This document shows positions 1-12,660 of a DNA stretch of 64,000 bases, one piece after another. The DNA lies in NCBI RefSeq assembly GCF_018977255.1, contig NW_024704742.1, positions 59,832,001 through 59,896,000 on the forward strand. The letters run 5' to 3'. The stretch comes from Callorhinchus milii. Taxonomy: Eukaryota. Both the position numbers and the translations under genes were made by a program. Positions within the stretch are counted from its first letter, which is position 1. Each line of letters starts with the position of its first letter. Under the pieces are notes generated by a model that ran no database searches, was not told where the DNA came from, and saw only the letters and a program-made list of their open reading frames with translations.

Positions 1-35
1 TATCATACGTCAGGCATCACTCCTACAGGAGTGAA

Positions 36-899
36 CAACAACTTACATTTATATAGTGCCCTTCATGTGGGTTAGCATCTCAGAGCACTTAACAGTGGTG
101 GAGCTTCTCGCCCTGCTGAGGAGAGATGGAAGGTGACTATGCACTGTCAAAGTGGAAAGTCTTCAGATGCGATCAGAAGATGGGCCAGAAAAAGGTGAGG
201 AGGGATTGAGGCAGAGAGTTCCAGTATCTTGGGGAATAGTGGCTGAAAGCACGGCCACTGATGGTGTAGTGAAGGGGACAAGGAACATGCAGGAGTCCGG
301 AGGTGAGTGAAGGGGGCAGGTTGAGTTTGGTGTAAGCAGGCTGAAGAGGTAGAGAGGTGCCTTAAGTGATTTGTACTTGAGAGGGCGGATCTTGCAATTG
401 ATCCATTCTGCAATTGGCAGCCCAGTGGAGCCTGGCAAGGATTGGATTGATGAGATTTTGGAGTTTAGTATGGATGATCGTACAGGTGGCAAAGTTTTGA
501 ATTAAATAGATTTTATGAATGGTGAAGCTAGGAAGGCATTTCAAAAAAAATTGTGGTGGGAGGCAACGAATATGTGGATAATGGAGCTGCATATGTGGAG
601 TTGCATTAGCAGTGAGGTATAAATGGAGACAGACGATGTGGCAGAGGTGGAGGAAAGCAGTCCTGGCTAGGAACTGGATATACAGTCGGAACGACAACCG
701 GGGATTGAAGACGACATCTAGGTTACACACTGGTTCAGTAAGTCTCAGGAATAGTCTGGGGAGGTTAAGGAGGTCTGAGCCCCAGGTCAGAAGATGTTGA
801 CAGGAGCCAAGTAGTACAGCTTCCATCTTATCCATGTTCAGTTTCAGAAATGTGGCTCTCATCCAGCCTCAATGTTTGACACGTAAGCAGACAAATTAG
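36..899 (-). mobile_element. L2 LINE ORF2 3' part and tail, degenerate
   Basis: Minus ORF 362..862 (LKLNMDKMEAVLLG..NLDVVFNPRLSF..ILARLHW) matches the L2 RT C-terminal region; ends in GGCACTATATAAATGTAAGTTGTTGTT, the L2-type tail. Confidence 0.9.
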
Positions 900-1143
900 T
901 GGGCGAAACCGTGGGCAAGTTTCCTTACTCCACATGCCTGATGATAATCCCTCAAGAAAAAAAACCAATAATAATTTGGTCACTCAATCCACGACTGTTT
1001 GTGGAACACTGCTGTGCACAATTGGCTGCCGCGTTTTGCCCACAAATATACAGTCAATTCATTTAAGAGTATATTCTGTGAAGCGCTTTGAGATGTCTAG
1101 AACATGTGAAAAGCGCTATATCAAATGCAAGGATTATTATTTT
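900..1143 (+). mobile_element. tRNA-SINE family A, 5'-truncated, inserted into L2
   Basis: Same body and tail as full copies elsewhere (..CACAAAATATACAGTCAATTCA..AAGCGCTTTGAGA..CAAATGCAAGGATTATTAT). Confidence 0.9.
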
Positions 1144-1154
1144 TTATATATAGT

Positions 1155-1260
1155 GAAGCTAGGGTCATGGCTCGAGGAGAAAAAGTAAATTTGGATGTTG
1201 CCCGCATACATGTGGAAATTGACCCTGCATCTCTGGATAACATCATCAAGCGGGAGCATC
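1155..1260 (-). mobile_element. L2 RT fragment around the degenerate YADD motif
   Basis: Minus strand reads MLPLDDVIQRCRVNFHMYAGNIQIY, resembling L2 RT '[24 protein letters not shown]'; continues the L2 at 36-899. Confidence 0.8.
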
Positions 1261-1645
1261 TAAGAGCCAACACCTTCAGAAGCCCAGAGTGCGCATTGGT
1301 GAGCTTCTGGAGTGCTTCTGGAGTATAACCAGCTAAAATTCATAAAGCTGTCTGACAAGCTTTCCAACTGCTTTTCCAGCTCGGAATACCTTACCCATTA
1401 GGGCTTTGGCTTTCAGGATTAACAGAAGCTAAATCAGATGATTCCCTGCCCCCAGAGACTGGTCTGCCCTTTCAGGTCCTGCCGATGAGCCATGTGCTGT
1501 CATCAGCAGTTCCCCGAAATACTGTGGATCCACCTGGATCAATAACTGGGCTACTGAGACTGTCACAGAGGGCTGGTTTATTTCTAACATATCGTTGCCG
1601 AACAGATCACCTTGGAGCCAGTTCAGCTCCAAAAAGACCAAAGAA
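1261..1645 (-). repeat. Unclassified old interspersed repeat 'X', copy A (strand is relative to copy D)
   Basis: Reverse complement aligns by eye with 29160-29425 and 53239-53530; same orientation as 20590-20715. Confidence 0.75.
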
Positions 1646-4499
1646 TGGAAAACAATGATTAAATGTTCTAACAGTCCTTTTAAATGCAAGGCAGGCAAAG
1701 TGCTAAAAAATACAACTCAGATCAGTTCGGCAATTATCATTTAGTTGCTTATATTAACAATAAGGTGAAGACCTGCAGGCTTGTTTATGCTCATTAAGCC
1801 AGCTATGGACCAGTTTGTAAAATGAGGCATCTAATTACAGATCATTTTCCTCTTAGTAGTGATGAACCAGGATTGGTTTTAACACAAAACAAATCTGACA
1901 GTCAGCATTATTAAATCACTTTTTAACTCCCCAATTCAGTAATGCACTAGTAGGGAAGTTTGATTCAAAGGTAAAAGACCCCGAAGCATTGTCACTGGAA
2001 ACAGTTCTGTGTTTAATCAATCTGCTACAGAGAGAATCTCTTAATAATGAAAGGAAAGTCAGAGAGAAAACAAATGGGAGCAGTCTTTGTTAACATTTCT
2101 CCACAACCTAATTCCATGCTAGTGAAATCTGTAGCTCAGTTCAAACCAACTTCTGAAAGACATATGAGGGAGGGGAAAGGTAGGAGTAAAATGAGGCTAA
2201 GCAGTAACAAACAATTATACTATGGATTCCTAAATCTTCAGTTATTTCTATGTTGCCACACATTTAGTTCCATCCGTTTCAACCCCACTCTATTAAAATT
2301 GGGCAACTGTACTTTAGCTCATTCTTTCCCAGGACATCAAGACAGTAGAATGATTTTAAAGCTCAAGCTTGGCACAGTGCCAAATATTGAATTAATGAAT
2401 ATAACTTCCACTTACTGCAATGTGGATTTCAACTCTTCACCTAGCTTCTCACTGAGATCCAACATGTAGGTTGAGTTGATAGTCCTTGGTCTCACCAGGT
2501 GCCTTATTTATGTAATTAAGCACTCCGGGACTCTGCCCCACATGAAAGCAAGTTATTGTTGCTGTTGTTGAATTAACCAATGAAAATGTTTAAATCATCA
2601 ACTGATTTTATTTTCATTGTTGGCTATTATATAATTAAGGGAATATCTTACATTTACATACATTTGAAGATAATTAGCAAATGGGCTATTCGCCCAACCT
2701 GCATTTTAGACCATCTAGAGTATATTACTTTAACAAGTGCTGTATATAATTGAATGGATTTTCCACTTAAACACAACCATTTTTAATGCCATATCACAAT
2801 AGTTCAAGCTTGAATTCCCACAAATAATAACGCTCCTTATTCCACAGCGAACAGATGACATGACATGCGCCAGTACAACACAGAATAATGAAGCAGCATA
2901 CTAAAACAAGCTCCAAAATACAAACGTTAATTGTTACAACAGAATTATGTTTGCTAAATTCTTCAAAAGCTCATTGTTCATCCCATACTGAGTTAATGTG
3001 GAATTGATAAGAAATCATACTCTCCTTTTTTGTTCCATCCTGATAGGGACCTCCAATGGAAACATTATTTTTAGAATTGCCAAGATGTTGAGCGCGGCAA
3101 TAATAAGATGCTTAAGTAGATTTCCGCCAATCAAACACTTCTAAACTTATTTGTGTTTTCAATTGGAAGCTTCAGTAAGAGGTCACCTTCCTGAAATATA
3201 GACACTTCAAGGTGATTTCCATCACTGTAATTGAAGCAGACAGACACGCTTTGCGGGTTAAGATGCGAACAAATTTAGTTTCTTTATGCCCTTGTCCTTC
3301 ATAGTCGTTCGGTCATTAGCGCTGACTTGATTCCTTTCTCAACTGGGAAATAACTCCAAGCAACCAGAATAAGTGGAGGTTATTCTTAATGACATGGGGT
3401 TTAAGGCATGTAGAAATTGAGGTGAGAGCCTTTGCAAAGCACCATTTCCCCATGAATAATTTTTGAATCAGGCTAATTTCTGCACTGCAAGGCGCCTTAA
3501 GCTATTGGATCTGTTCCCAGCTGCTAGTCTGTCAAACTGTGAATATGACAGCATGATGGCAGCTCAAAGCTGCCAGCAAGTGACAGCCATATCACATCAG
3601 TGTCTAAGCAATGATGAGGAAAGGAAAAGTGAGCCTCCAGTGGTTTCTCTGGAGACACATCCTCTTCAAATGAGGCAGTTTACTCTTTTGGTACACTTGA
3701 TGGCTTCTCAATCTAACGCAAAGATTGTGTCATTGACAAATACGGGAATTCAATAAGATCTTGTATCTGTCCATCAATGCATAAGCATTGTAACTTAATG
3801 AAACACGTGTGCCTAATTGTGGAAATGAAACAATTATACAAACACTCACTAGATCTCGCTTCTCAGATGGTTCAATACAAGACATATCACTTGAGCAATC
3901 TTACATTTGGCATGCATTTCTCATTTGAATCATGCGGCTATGCTTATAGTCAGTCACTGGAGGGCATTGAATACTCTTTTTACAATTTGATCACATTTTG
4001 TATCAAGCACAGAGTAAAATGAGGGGAATATGCAGAAATAAAACATTAAAGGAGGTAATTGCCTGTGCTGCTTTCTAATCTTTCCAATAACTGGATATGT
4101 GGGTTACGTCCTTATGGAAACCATTAGCACCATTGTGTGCTGGGTATTTCGATAAGGAAATGTCATTGGTTCAGCACACATTTCCACATAAAACAATTGA
4201 AATCTTTCAGAAATCAGTGAAATAAGTAAGAACTTCCAATTTACAGATTAAAGCAATTAGTGTATTTTTGTAAGAGGGATATAACTCAATTTGCTAAATA
4301 ATCTGAATTGAGGATGAAACAACAACAAAGAACAAGTTGCAATATATACATTGCCTTACAGATGAAAGAACAGACTTGACAAACAGGGAAGACACTAAGC
4401 AGGGAAATTAGACACCTTACCACTGAAAAAAATATGCAACCTTTTTTTTGCAACAGCACAGCGGTACGTATTTTTACATGGAAACAGTGTAGGGTAGAA

Positions 4500-4640
4500 G
4501 TCAGAGAAAGAGATAGTCGTAGAGATAGAGAAAATCAGAGAGAGAGACAGACAGATGGATAAAAATGAGAGAGATTCAGAGAGAATGAAAAAGGCAACAA
4601 AAAGAGTTTGAGAGAAACTCAGAGAGAAGAGAGAGAAAGG
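4500..4640. repeat. Degenerate (GA)n purine-rich microsatellite
   Basis: AGAGAGAGAGACAGACAG-type runs. Confidence 0.75.
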
Positions 4641-4960
4641 TTCTGGCCCAGTGTGGTTCCTCTGTAACATCTTAAATGCTGATGGAACATTTTTTCAGTT
4701 AGCACTGCAGTCAGTTCGTATTTTGTGTATTATGAAATCATCCGCACATTAGGGCTAGTCACGATTAGTGTGGATAATCGGCTCTAATGAAAATATATTG
4801 TGAAGCAAGTGGTATCTGTTAGATTACAGTTATTAATTTATGCCCCAGTTAACCACTTCTGCATAATACATCAAATCAGAGTTATTTAAATCTTTGGCAC
4901 TGATTGCACATTCATTTTTATTAGTTAAAATCACTTCCTGGCTGTTTGTGTGATACTGTC

Positions 4961-5302
4961 ATAATAATTAATAATAATCCTTGCATTTGATGTAGTGCCT
5001 TATTACGTCTTTGAGGGCAAGACATCATGAAGTGAGTTGACTATGTTTCGTGGAGAAAATGTGGCAGCCAATTGCACAGCAGTGTCCCACAAACAGTCGT
5101 GGATGAAGTGCCCAATTTTTAATTTTTTGTAAAGGAATTATTACCCCCTGAAAAGCGATCCGTCAATCGACAAACTGGTTTCCTACTTACTGCTGGGTAA
5201 ACAGAGGTGTGTGGAATAAGGAAACTTGCCCAACATTTCACCCTGCCTGGATCGAACCCAAGTCTCTAGCTTGCCGGCAAATGCTCTAACCACTGAGCTA
5301 CA
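4961..5302 (-). mobile_element. tRNA-SINE family A, near full length
   Basis: Minus strand has GTAGCTCAGTGGTTAGAGC (A box) and GGGTTCGATCC (B box), family body and (TTA)n tail; a plus-strand tail fragment abuts it at ~5303-5430. Confidence 0.9.
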
Positions 5303-6177
5303 GCAAATTTACTGCCGTATCTGCCTACAAAACACCCTACACTTTACAGTAAAATACTGTTAAGCTCGTTGAGATATCTGAACATTGCGATAAACGAGTA
5401 TATCAAACCTAAGGACTATTATTTATTATTGACAATTGAACAGTTAACATGTTTTCTTTATAGATCCCATTCATGCCAAGCAGATTACATAGTTCTACTT
5501 GATAACATGCTATTTGCCAAATAGCCCCTGGCAGATATCAGATGCTTGTTGTACTTATTGCTTGTCTCTTATTGAATATTTGCATCTTTTGGAAACAAGA
5601 ACTAACGATCATTTTCAGCACATTTCATGACAATAAGTCTTTTGGGTTCCAAATAGCTACAACTGTGAGCGGAAGTGCAGAAATTAATACTTACGTGCTT
5701 TGCTTATTGTTGTGTTAAGAAATAGTAAAATATAAAGGGAAAAAATAGATGGCACAATGTGGAATAGTTTGCTCCTCAAGGAAGACGTGATGAGTTATTA
5801 CAGAAAAATTTGGTGTTTTGCATGAGCGAATGTAATTTTCCATTGTGATTATTTTCATACGTGCATGGAGTTACAAATAAATAATTTATTTTTTTAAAAC
5901 AAATTTAGAATAATCACAAGCATGGCGAGTCTATCAATAAACCTCTGTTGTGAATCTCATCTCTCTCTCTCTCTCTCGCTCTCTCACTGTCTTGCACTCT
6001 GTCCAGAAGTGACAACTATTTGACTAATCTATCAATGGTAGATTATGTTTTACATTGATAAGTCATTTGGATCTAAATAATCATTACAGTTGCCAATCAT
6101 CCATGGAGGCAATTTGACTGTTTTATTCTGTAGCTCAAACAAAATCAGTACAGCCCTATTTTAATGTATTTCTTCAT

Positions 6178-6860
6178 CAGTAACAACAACTATATATAGC
6201 ACCCTCCATGCAGGGTAGTGTCTCAGGGCACTTAACAGAGGTGGAGCCCTTCTCAGAGCCAAGGGGAGGAAGGTGACCATAGGCACGATTGAAAAGGAAG
6301 GTTTTAAGGGTGAACTTGAAAAAGGGGAGAAAGAGGGCAAGACAGAGGGATTGATGGAGAGTGCCCAGGGTTTTGGGGCATAGTAACTGAAAGCACAAAT
6401 GGATTTGAATACAAGTGTGTGGATCTTGAAGTCGATCCGTTCAGTGATTGGGAGCAGGTGACTGGGCGGGGGCAGAAGGAGAATCTATTTGCTAAGATGA
6501 AGTGGAGGTTGGTTCAGTAGCACTTGAACCATGAGAGTGCAGTCCCACTAAGGTAGATGAGGAAGGAGAGGTGATGGAGGAGGATGGTGTGGTCGACTGT
6601 GTCGAATGCGGAAGAGAGATCCAGGAGGACGAGGAGGCAGAGGGAGCCCTGGTCACAGACAGAGAGGATTCTGTTTGTGACTTTGACAAACATTGTCTCT
6701 GTTCTGTGGGCAGGGTGAAAACTAGGCTGCAGTAGCTTGAGGAGGGAATGGAGAGAGAGGGGTGATCTAAGTTGACCTGCAACAATGCGTTCCAGGACTT
6801 TAGCAAGGAAGGGTATGTTGGAAATGGGACGGTAGTATGAGAGATTAGAGGGATTGAGAT
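6178..6860 (-). mobile_element. L2 LINE: RT N-terminal fragment joined to 3' tail by internal deletion
   Basis: Minus strand reads YRPISNIPFLAKVLERIVAGQL..HRTETMFVKVTN..LLVLLDLSSAFDTVDHTILL (L2/CR1-group RT motifs); L2 tail at 6178-6400. Confidence 0.9.
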
Positions 6861-8424
6861 TAAACTGTCATCATTCAGTTTGGGTTATAAATGATGTCGT
6901 GTGGATCCTAAACTGTGCATGCACATGGCTGGACCACTTGCTTCCTGACTCTTGTATTAAAATGACAGATTTTTGAGACATCAGTCCACTCCCCAACAGT
7001 ACTTCCTACATTGTGCATGAATAGCACACCAGAAGTGATATCAATAACAACCTGAATTTGCCAAGAACGTTACATTTGGAGTCAGCTTAGCTCAAAGAGG
7101 ACCCAACTTACCTCACCTCCTCCCACTTCCAGGAGGATTGTCAATGCAGGTATTAATATTGATATAATTGATAACACTACAACTAATTATACATTTCCTT
7201 ATAAATCAACATAAGACTGCTTTGAATATCAATGCTGACTCGTGTTCTGAACACAGATGTTCTGAATACTGAAGTATAAATTTTCAATGTAATTTTTGTT
7301 ACTACTAGCTTATCAAAAAGAATTGATGATGTGATGCTGCTACTATATAGTTGACTACTTACTTATGTCAGGTCACAGCTGCCTGGGTTCTTTATGAATA
7401 GTGTTGCTCAATGAAAGCAAAGACAGAACCATAAGTTTACTGAATAAACATCACATTCTGATGGGATCATTCCATAATAAATGAAAATTACAAAATCTTG
7501 CAAGATCCAATCTCGTAATATATCCTTGTGTAGGGAAATAATCATACTAGCCATAATGAATTTGGGCCCTATATTCCTTTGACATTCAAGGTTGGGAAGC
7601 CAGATTTGTTGAGTAGTTAAGCAAAGCATAATTAATATCGGTAGAACCAACAGTTGATGTTAGGCACAATGTCTCAATCTGTTTGATATACCCATCGAGA
7701 CTGAAGGATTCGGAGCTTATTATAGAGTAATCAAGAAGTGATATTAGTTTATATTAAGACCTACTTGTAGTGATGCATTTAATAGACTTATTCTAATCCA
7801 GCTACCAATTGGCTCACTGCTGAGACACATCATCAATACTGGAAACCTTTAGGGCGAGATACCAACACACTGTCCCTGGGAGGTGTTTATTGATATGGGA
7901 CTAAGTGTTGAAGAAGCAATTGATTTAAATGAGAAAACAGATAAGATGAAGTGAGTTACATTTCTGATGGTTTTATTGGAATCCTTAAATTTAATTATTC
8001 AGCAGGAGATAGTAGACTCTAGGGGCACCAAGGAGTTTTTACATTGTTTCACTCACCAACTTTTATCGGCTCCTTCACTGCAGCAAACAAAATATGTATT
8101 TGAATGAGAGAATAATATTTATGTTGACTGCTACAAGTATCAAGACGCAAGCTGAAACAGCGCTTATTATCCTTCTTACACCATGAGTGTTTGGCTGTAT
8201 AATTTGAGTAATTCACTGTGCACTGCCATAATGCAAAATTGCTCAGTGTGACTTTCCTTCCCAATAACAAGAATTTCAGAAATAAAAACCAAGTTCTCCA
8301 AGAGGTGTTTAATTATTTAAATTTCTTTTTTTAAAAAGGTCATATTTATTCACATTTTCTGCATTTGAATTAATTAGGATCAAAATGTCAAACTGTCTCA
8401 TCTGAATATGAGTCAGAAGGGGGG

Positions 8425-8425
8425 N
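8425..8425. other. Single ambiguous base (N)
   Basis: 'n' after a G run; possible contig join. Confidence 0.95.
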
Positions 8426-10207
8426 AAGTGGAAACTGGAAAAAATATGGAACAAAATATATTTCATCCAAAGGGAATTTATACAGTTATGTTGATTTAGT
8501 TGATCTTAAAATGAAAGTAAAAATCATGATGCTCCTTATAATTTAACGTGTGCTTACATCCTATCCAAATGCTTGGCTTTGTGTGTAAAATCTTAGTGAT
8601 GCTCCAATCACAAAATAGAAATATGTTTCATTATTTTTATGAATAAGAAAGGCAAAATTGAAGGTAAACAGAGATTTCAGCAAGTCAGGCACAGTCAACA
8701 ATCTATATCGGATAGGACGCCCTCTACAAACACTGAAGTCATCCATTGCTCCTATAAGAATATCTGAGGGGAGTCAAAATTATTTCACTTTAAATTCTTG
8801 GCATATATAATCCTTCAGGTAACCCAGAGAAAAGCAATCAGATGGTCGATAAGCTGAATATTGAGAGCTGATGTGCTTGTGCTTTATGCCACAAAGCTCT
8901 GCGGAAAGCTGACTGAAACTAGTCAAGCACAGCAATATTCCTTGTCTGGAGGTGCAACCCTGTCTTGTTTAAAGGACAATTGTGTTGACATCATATCTTC
9001 TCAAAACTTGCTGAAGGAATGGATGACAATGCTCGGACATGGCTGTGACAATCTACCTTGTCCTTCTTTTCAAACGGCTGTCAGATACTCAAGATTTCTT
9101 CCATTCCATTGAAACTTAGAAACTTAGCAACATGGCGCCACATGTGTGATTGAGGATTTCTTCCCAAATCAGGTTAAGGACTAATGAGAAGAAGAATTTA
9201 CATGATATTGTTGATGCTTTCATGTTGGCATCTTCCTCATAAAAAAATTCGCAGCTATAATTATTTTATGAAGATATTTTGACTGCTCTAACACTAGGTA
9301 TCACATTAAAAAAATTCTCTTTATTGAGCATAAATGATTATTAAAACACAAATTTTGTGAATTTCTTTAGATTACCTTGTAAATATTTTCACACGCACAT
9401 CACAGGGTGACAGTGTAGAATTGCACATATCTGCAGAGGCTGGTTAAGATGGATAAATATGTAATGAATATCATCATAAAACAAAGAAACTTTAAAAAGT
9501 GATTTCAGAATCTCATTAAAACAGCTCCTTTTATAATCGTATCATGTAAATTGAAATGAAAAGTGGAGCTTAATCTATTTAAGTTTGAGATATATAAGTT
9601 CCTAGACGTCCATCTTTCTAAATCCCGAGAGTAGTATAGTATAGAGCATGCCATAACTGGAAATCAATCAGAGGTGCCTTGAGACCCCCTCCCGATGTGA
9701 AAGGTGCTCTCCAAATGTAATTTGTTGTTGTTGTTGTCCACTATATTTTGCTGTTGACCCATCTGGTAGAAATGCATTCTAACAAATTATAGCAAAATCT
9801 ATTAAAAACCTTTACGATAAAGTTGGCACTTAGTCTTCTTAGTTCTAGAAGATACATGTTATTTTGTCTGAAATGTAATCCAGAAAATGCATCCCACATG
9901 AGATGATTGATATCTCTTATTGATCCAAGTGCAAATGAATATTGTTTAGTTATCTAATAGAGTAGAACGCTGCCAGCAAAGTCAAGTTCCTTCGAACAAT
10001 CCATGGAGATCTTTGAAACCTCATGCTAAAATAATAGTGGTTTTGAGCTTCCTTTGAATATTTAGCAACAGTAATTTCTGTTCAATAATCAATGGAAAAT
10101 AATCTCCACACATCGGCTTCCATACAAATAAGTTTGCAATAATTTTTTTCATTCTTCCAATTTTGTATTAATTTTATTGTTCTGGATCAATATAGTTGTT
10201 TTCTATA

Positions 10208-10880
10208 ACAACAAGCAACAACAACAACAGGATTACATCTGTATTGCACCTTTCACGTGGGGAGGACATCCCAAGGCACTGGACAGTGTACAGAATTTCA
10301 GACCCGAGCTGGGATCAGGAGGAGAGAAGGGAGGGGAAGTGGGGTGGCCGATGGCATGGTCAAAGAGGAGAGTCTTGAGGCAGGACTTGAAGGAGGCTAA
10401 GGAGGGGATGAGGCAGAGTGACTGGGGGATGGAATTCCAGAGGTTGGGGGCAGAGTGGCTGAAGGCTCTCCCGCCAATAGTGGGGCGGGTGGGTCGGGGG
10501 ACATGGAGCAGGCTGGAGCCGGCTGAGCAGAAGGAACAGGCGTTTTGGTAGGGGGTTAGGAGGTCGCAGAGGTAGGGTGGGGCGAGGCCATGGAGGGCTT
10601 TGTATGTGAAGACCAGGACCTTGAACTGGATCCTCTGAAGGATAGGGAGCCAATGGAGTCGGGCGAGAATGGGGGAGATGGGGTCACGGAGTTTGGTGTG
10701 CGAGAGGACACGGGCTGCAGAGTTCTGGATTATCTGCAACCTGTGGAGGGAGGAGTTGGGAAGGCCGACATGCAGGGCATTTGCATAGTCGAACCTGGAG
10801 GTGATGAAGGCATGAACAAGAGTTTTAGCGGCCTGAGGGTGAGGAAGTGGTGGAATCGGGCAATGTTACAGAGACATCAG
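10208..10880 (-). mobile_element. L2 LINE 3' fragment, relatively young
   Basis: ORF 10233..10739 QIIQNSAARVL..ILARLHWLPILQRIQFKVL..ALHGLAPPYL..GGRAFSHSAPNLWNSIP..FKSCLKTLLF; (TGT)n tail. Confidence 0.95.
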
Positions 10881-11879
10881 CAACAAGTTTCATTGATATA
10901 ACGCTCCTCAAACAGGGTAGGATCCCAGAACGCTTGATAGTGTCGGAGCACAACACAGAGCCGGGGGAGGGGAGAGGTGACCTTAGGTACGGTTGAACAT
11001 TTATATAGCAATCTTCACTCGGGGCAGATTCTCTCATACCATGGGGTGTAAACTTCGGTGTCCTCAGTACAAGCTTAGTTTCTGTCAACCTAGAGTCTGT
11101 GTTCCTGTGCATATATTCTTGGGTGAGGCATGTATCTATAACCTCTTTCTTGTGAACGCTTCACACATTGTCAGCACACCAAAAATGAACAAACTGGTAG
11201 AATCCAGTATCTGCTGTCAGAATAATATTACTTTGGAAGAAAAATTGTTCTTGTACTTGTTGAAGCACATCATCACCTGAAGTTTGCATGATTTGTCAAG
11301 ACTTGCTTGAAGGTGTTAGTCTGATATCAAATATGTAAACTTCAAAATAAAAAAATTAAATAAGCTAAAATAAACAAGTTGAGAGTAAAAGATCTGTTAT
11401 TTAATCGGAATATTCTGTAATGGGAAGATAAAACCTTGAACAAATTATAATCTTTGCATGTGATAAAGTAGCTTTCATATCGGAAGGATATCTCAAAGCA
11501 CTTCACAGGATGTATTGTAAAGTTACTTTATTTTATGGGCAAACAAGTTAAGTATATTTGCTGTAGAATTGGGATTTTTACAAAAACTGCATTATGACTT
11601 TTGGCAATAAGGTTCATAATACACTGCATCAAAATCAACCTAATTGCAAATCATAGTGTAGCAAGCCAGGTCCTTTTATAAAATATTCATAGGCATGATT
11701 CTCTTGGGTTAAAATAGCAATATGCCAGAGGCAAAGTTTACATTATCTATGACTTTAAGAGAAAGTGTTCCTCAATCAAATCCTTTTTTGAAAATACTCA
11801 CGATACTGAAATGTTACTAAAAGCCAAAACATTGATGGTGCAATGCTTGGAATTTTCACCTTGGATTGGCTGATCCTGC

Positions 11880-12030
11880 CTAACTGCAACTCAAGTGATC
11901 AATTTATTTGGAGGATTTTTTTGGCCAGGACACCGGGAGAAACTCCTTTCTCTTTTCGAATAGTGCCATGGAATCTTTAATGTCCACCTGAACAGGCAGA
12001 GGGGACCTCAGTTTAATGTTTCAACCCATG
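11880..12030 (-). mobile_element. Deu-domain SINE (family B) fragment
   Basis: Reverse complement TTAAACTGAGGTCCCCTCTGCCTGTTCAGGTGGACATTAAAGATTCCATGGCACTATTCGAAAAGAG resembles the Deu core. Confidence 0.75.
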
Positions 12031-12469
12031 GCATGATAAGGAGGTACGAGGTGAAGGGATTTATTGGTGACATACCTTTAGGTGGAAGACCTACATTTTT
12101 GACTGTGATTTTAGTCATCTTTCCATGTCCCTACACCCACTTTCCTCAGCCTCTGTTACCCCAGATCAGGCTCCAAGTCAAATGTGTGAATTGCTTTGAG
12201 CCATCCTCACAAAGTGAAAGGCCCTATATGAATGTATATTGTTGTTGATATATATTTAACACATCATATGTTGCAATTAGCAATCCCATCACCTCTAGGC
12301 ATGAAAGCTGTTCAGAATGTTTCAACATAACCTTAATTTGTTCTCATTGTAGCAGTTCTTAAAACATATCTTTGGTCCCCTCACCCTCCTAAACTGGTTC
12401 CACTAAATCTGAGTGTTTCGACAGTGTGTATTAAAATGATTCTCTTGCATGTATGGTTTTGGCACCATC

Positions 12470-12660
12470 TGTAAGATCACATGTCAGCTCTGACAGATTG
12501 ATTTATAACAGTGTTATTTAGTTCCGTTGGCAGTATGTGGACGAAAACAATATGTTTTTGCAACTCTTCTGTTCAACCTTGCTGAGCGGATTTGACATCA
12601 GAGTGTTCACACGTATATGTGTTGTCGTGGATAACGTATCTTGCAAGATACTTTGACAAT
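12470..12660. promoter_or_regulatory. Candidate enhancer with adjacent MEIS and PBX-HOX motifs
   Basis: TGACAG at 12491-12496 and TGATTTAT at 12499-12506 in repeat-free sequence; motif evidence only. Confidence 0.35.

Noticed and set aside
11150..11300. Minus-strand reading GDDVLQQVQEQ..ILTADTGFY as an exon or transposase
   Set aside because: Short, closed by stops, and the resemblance is too weak
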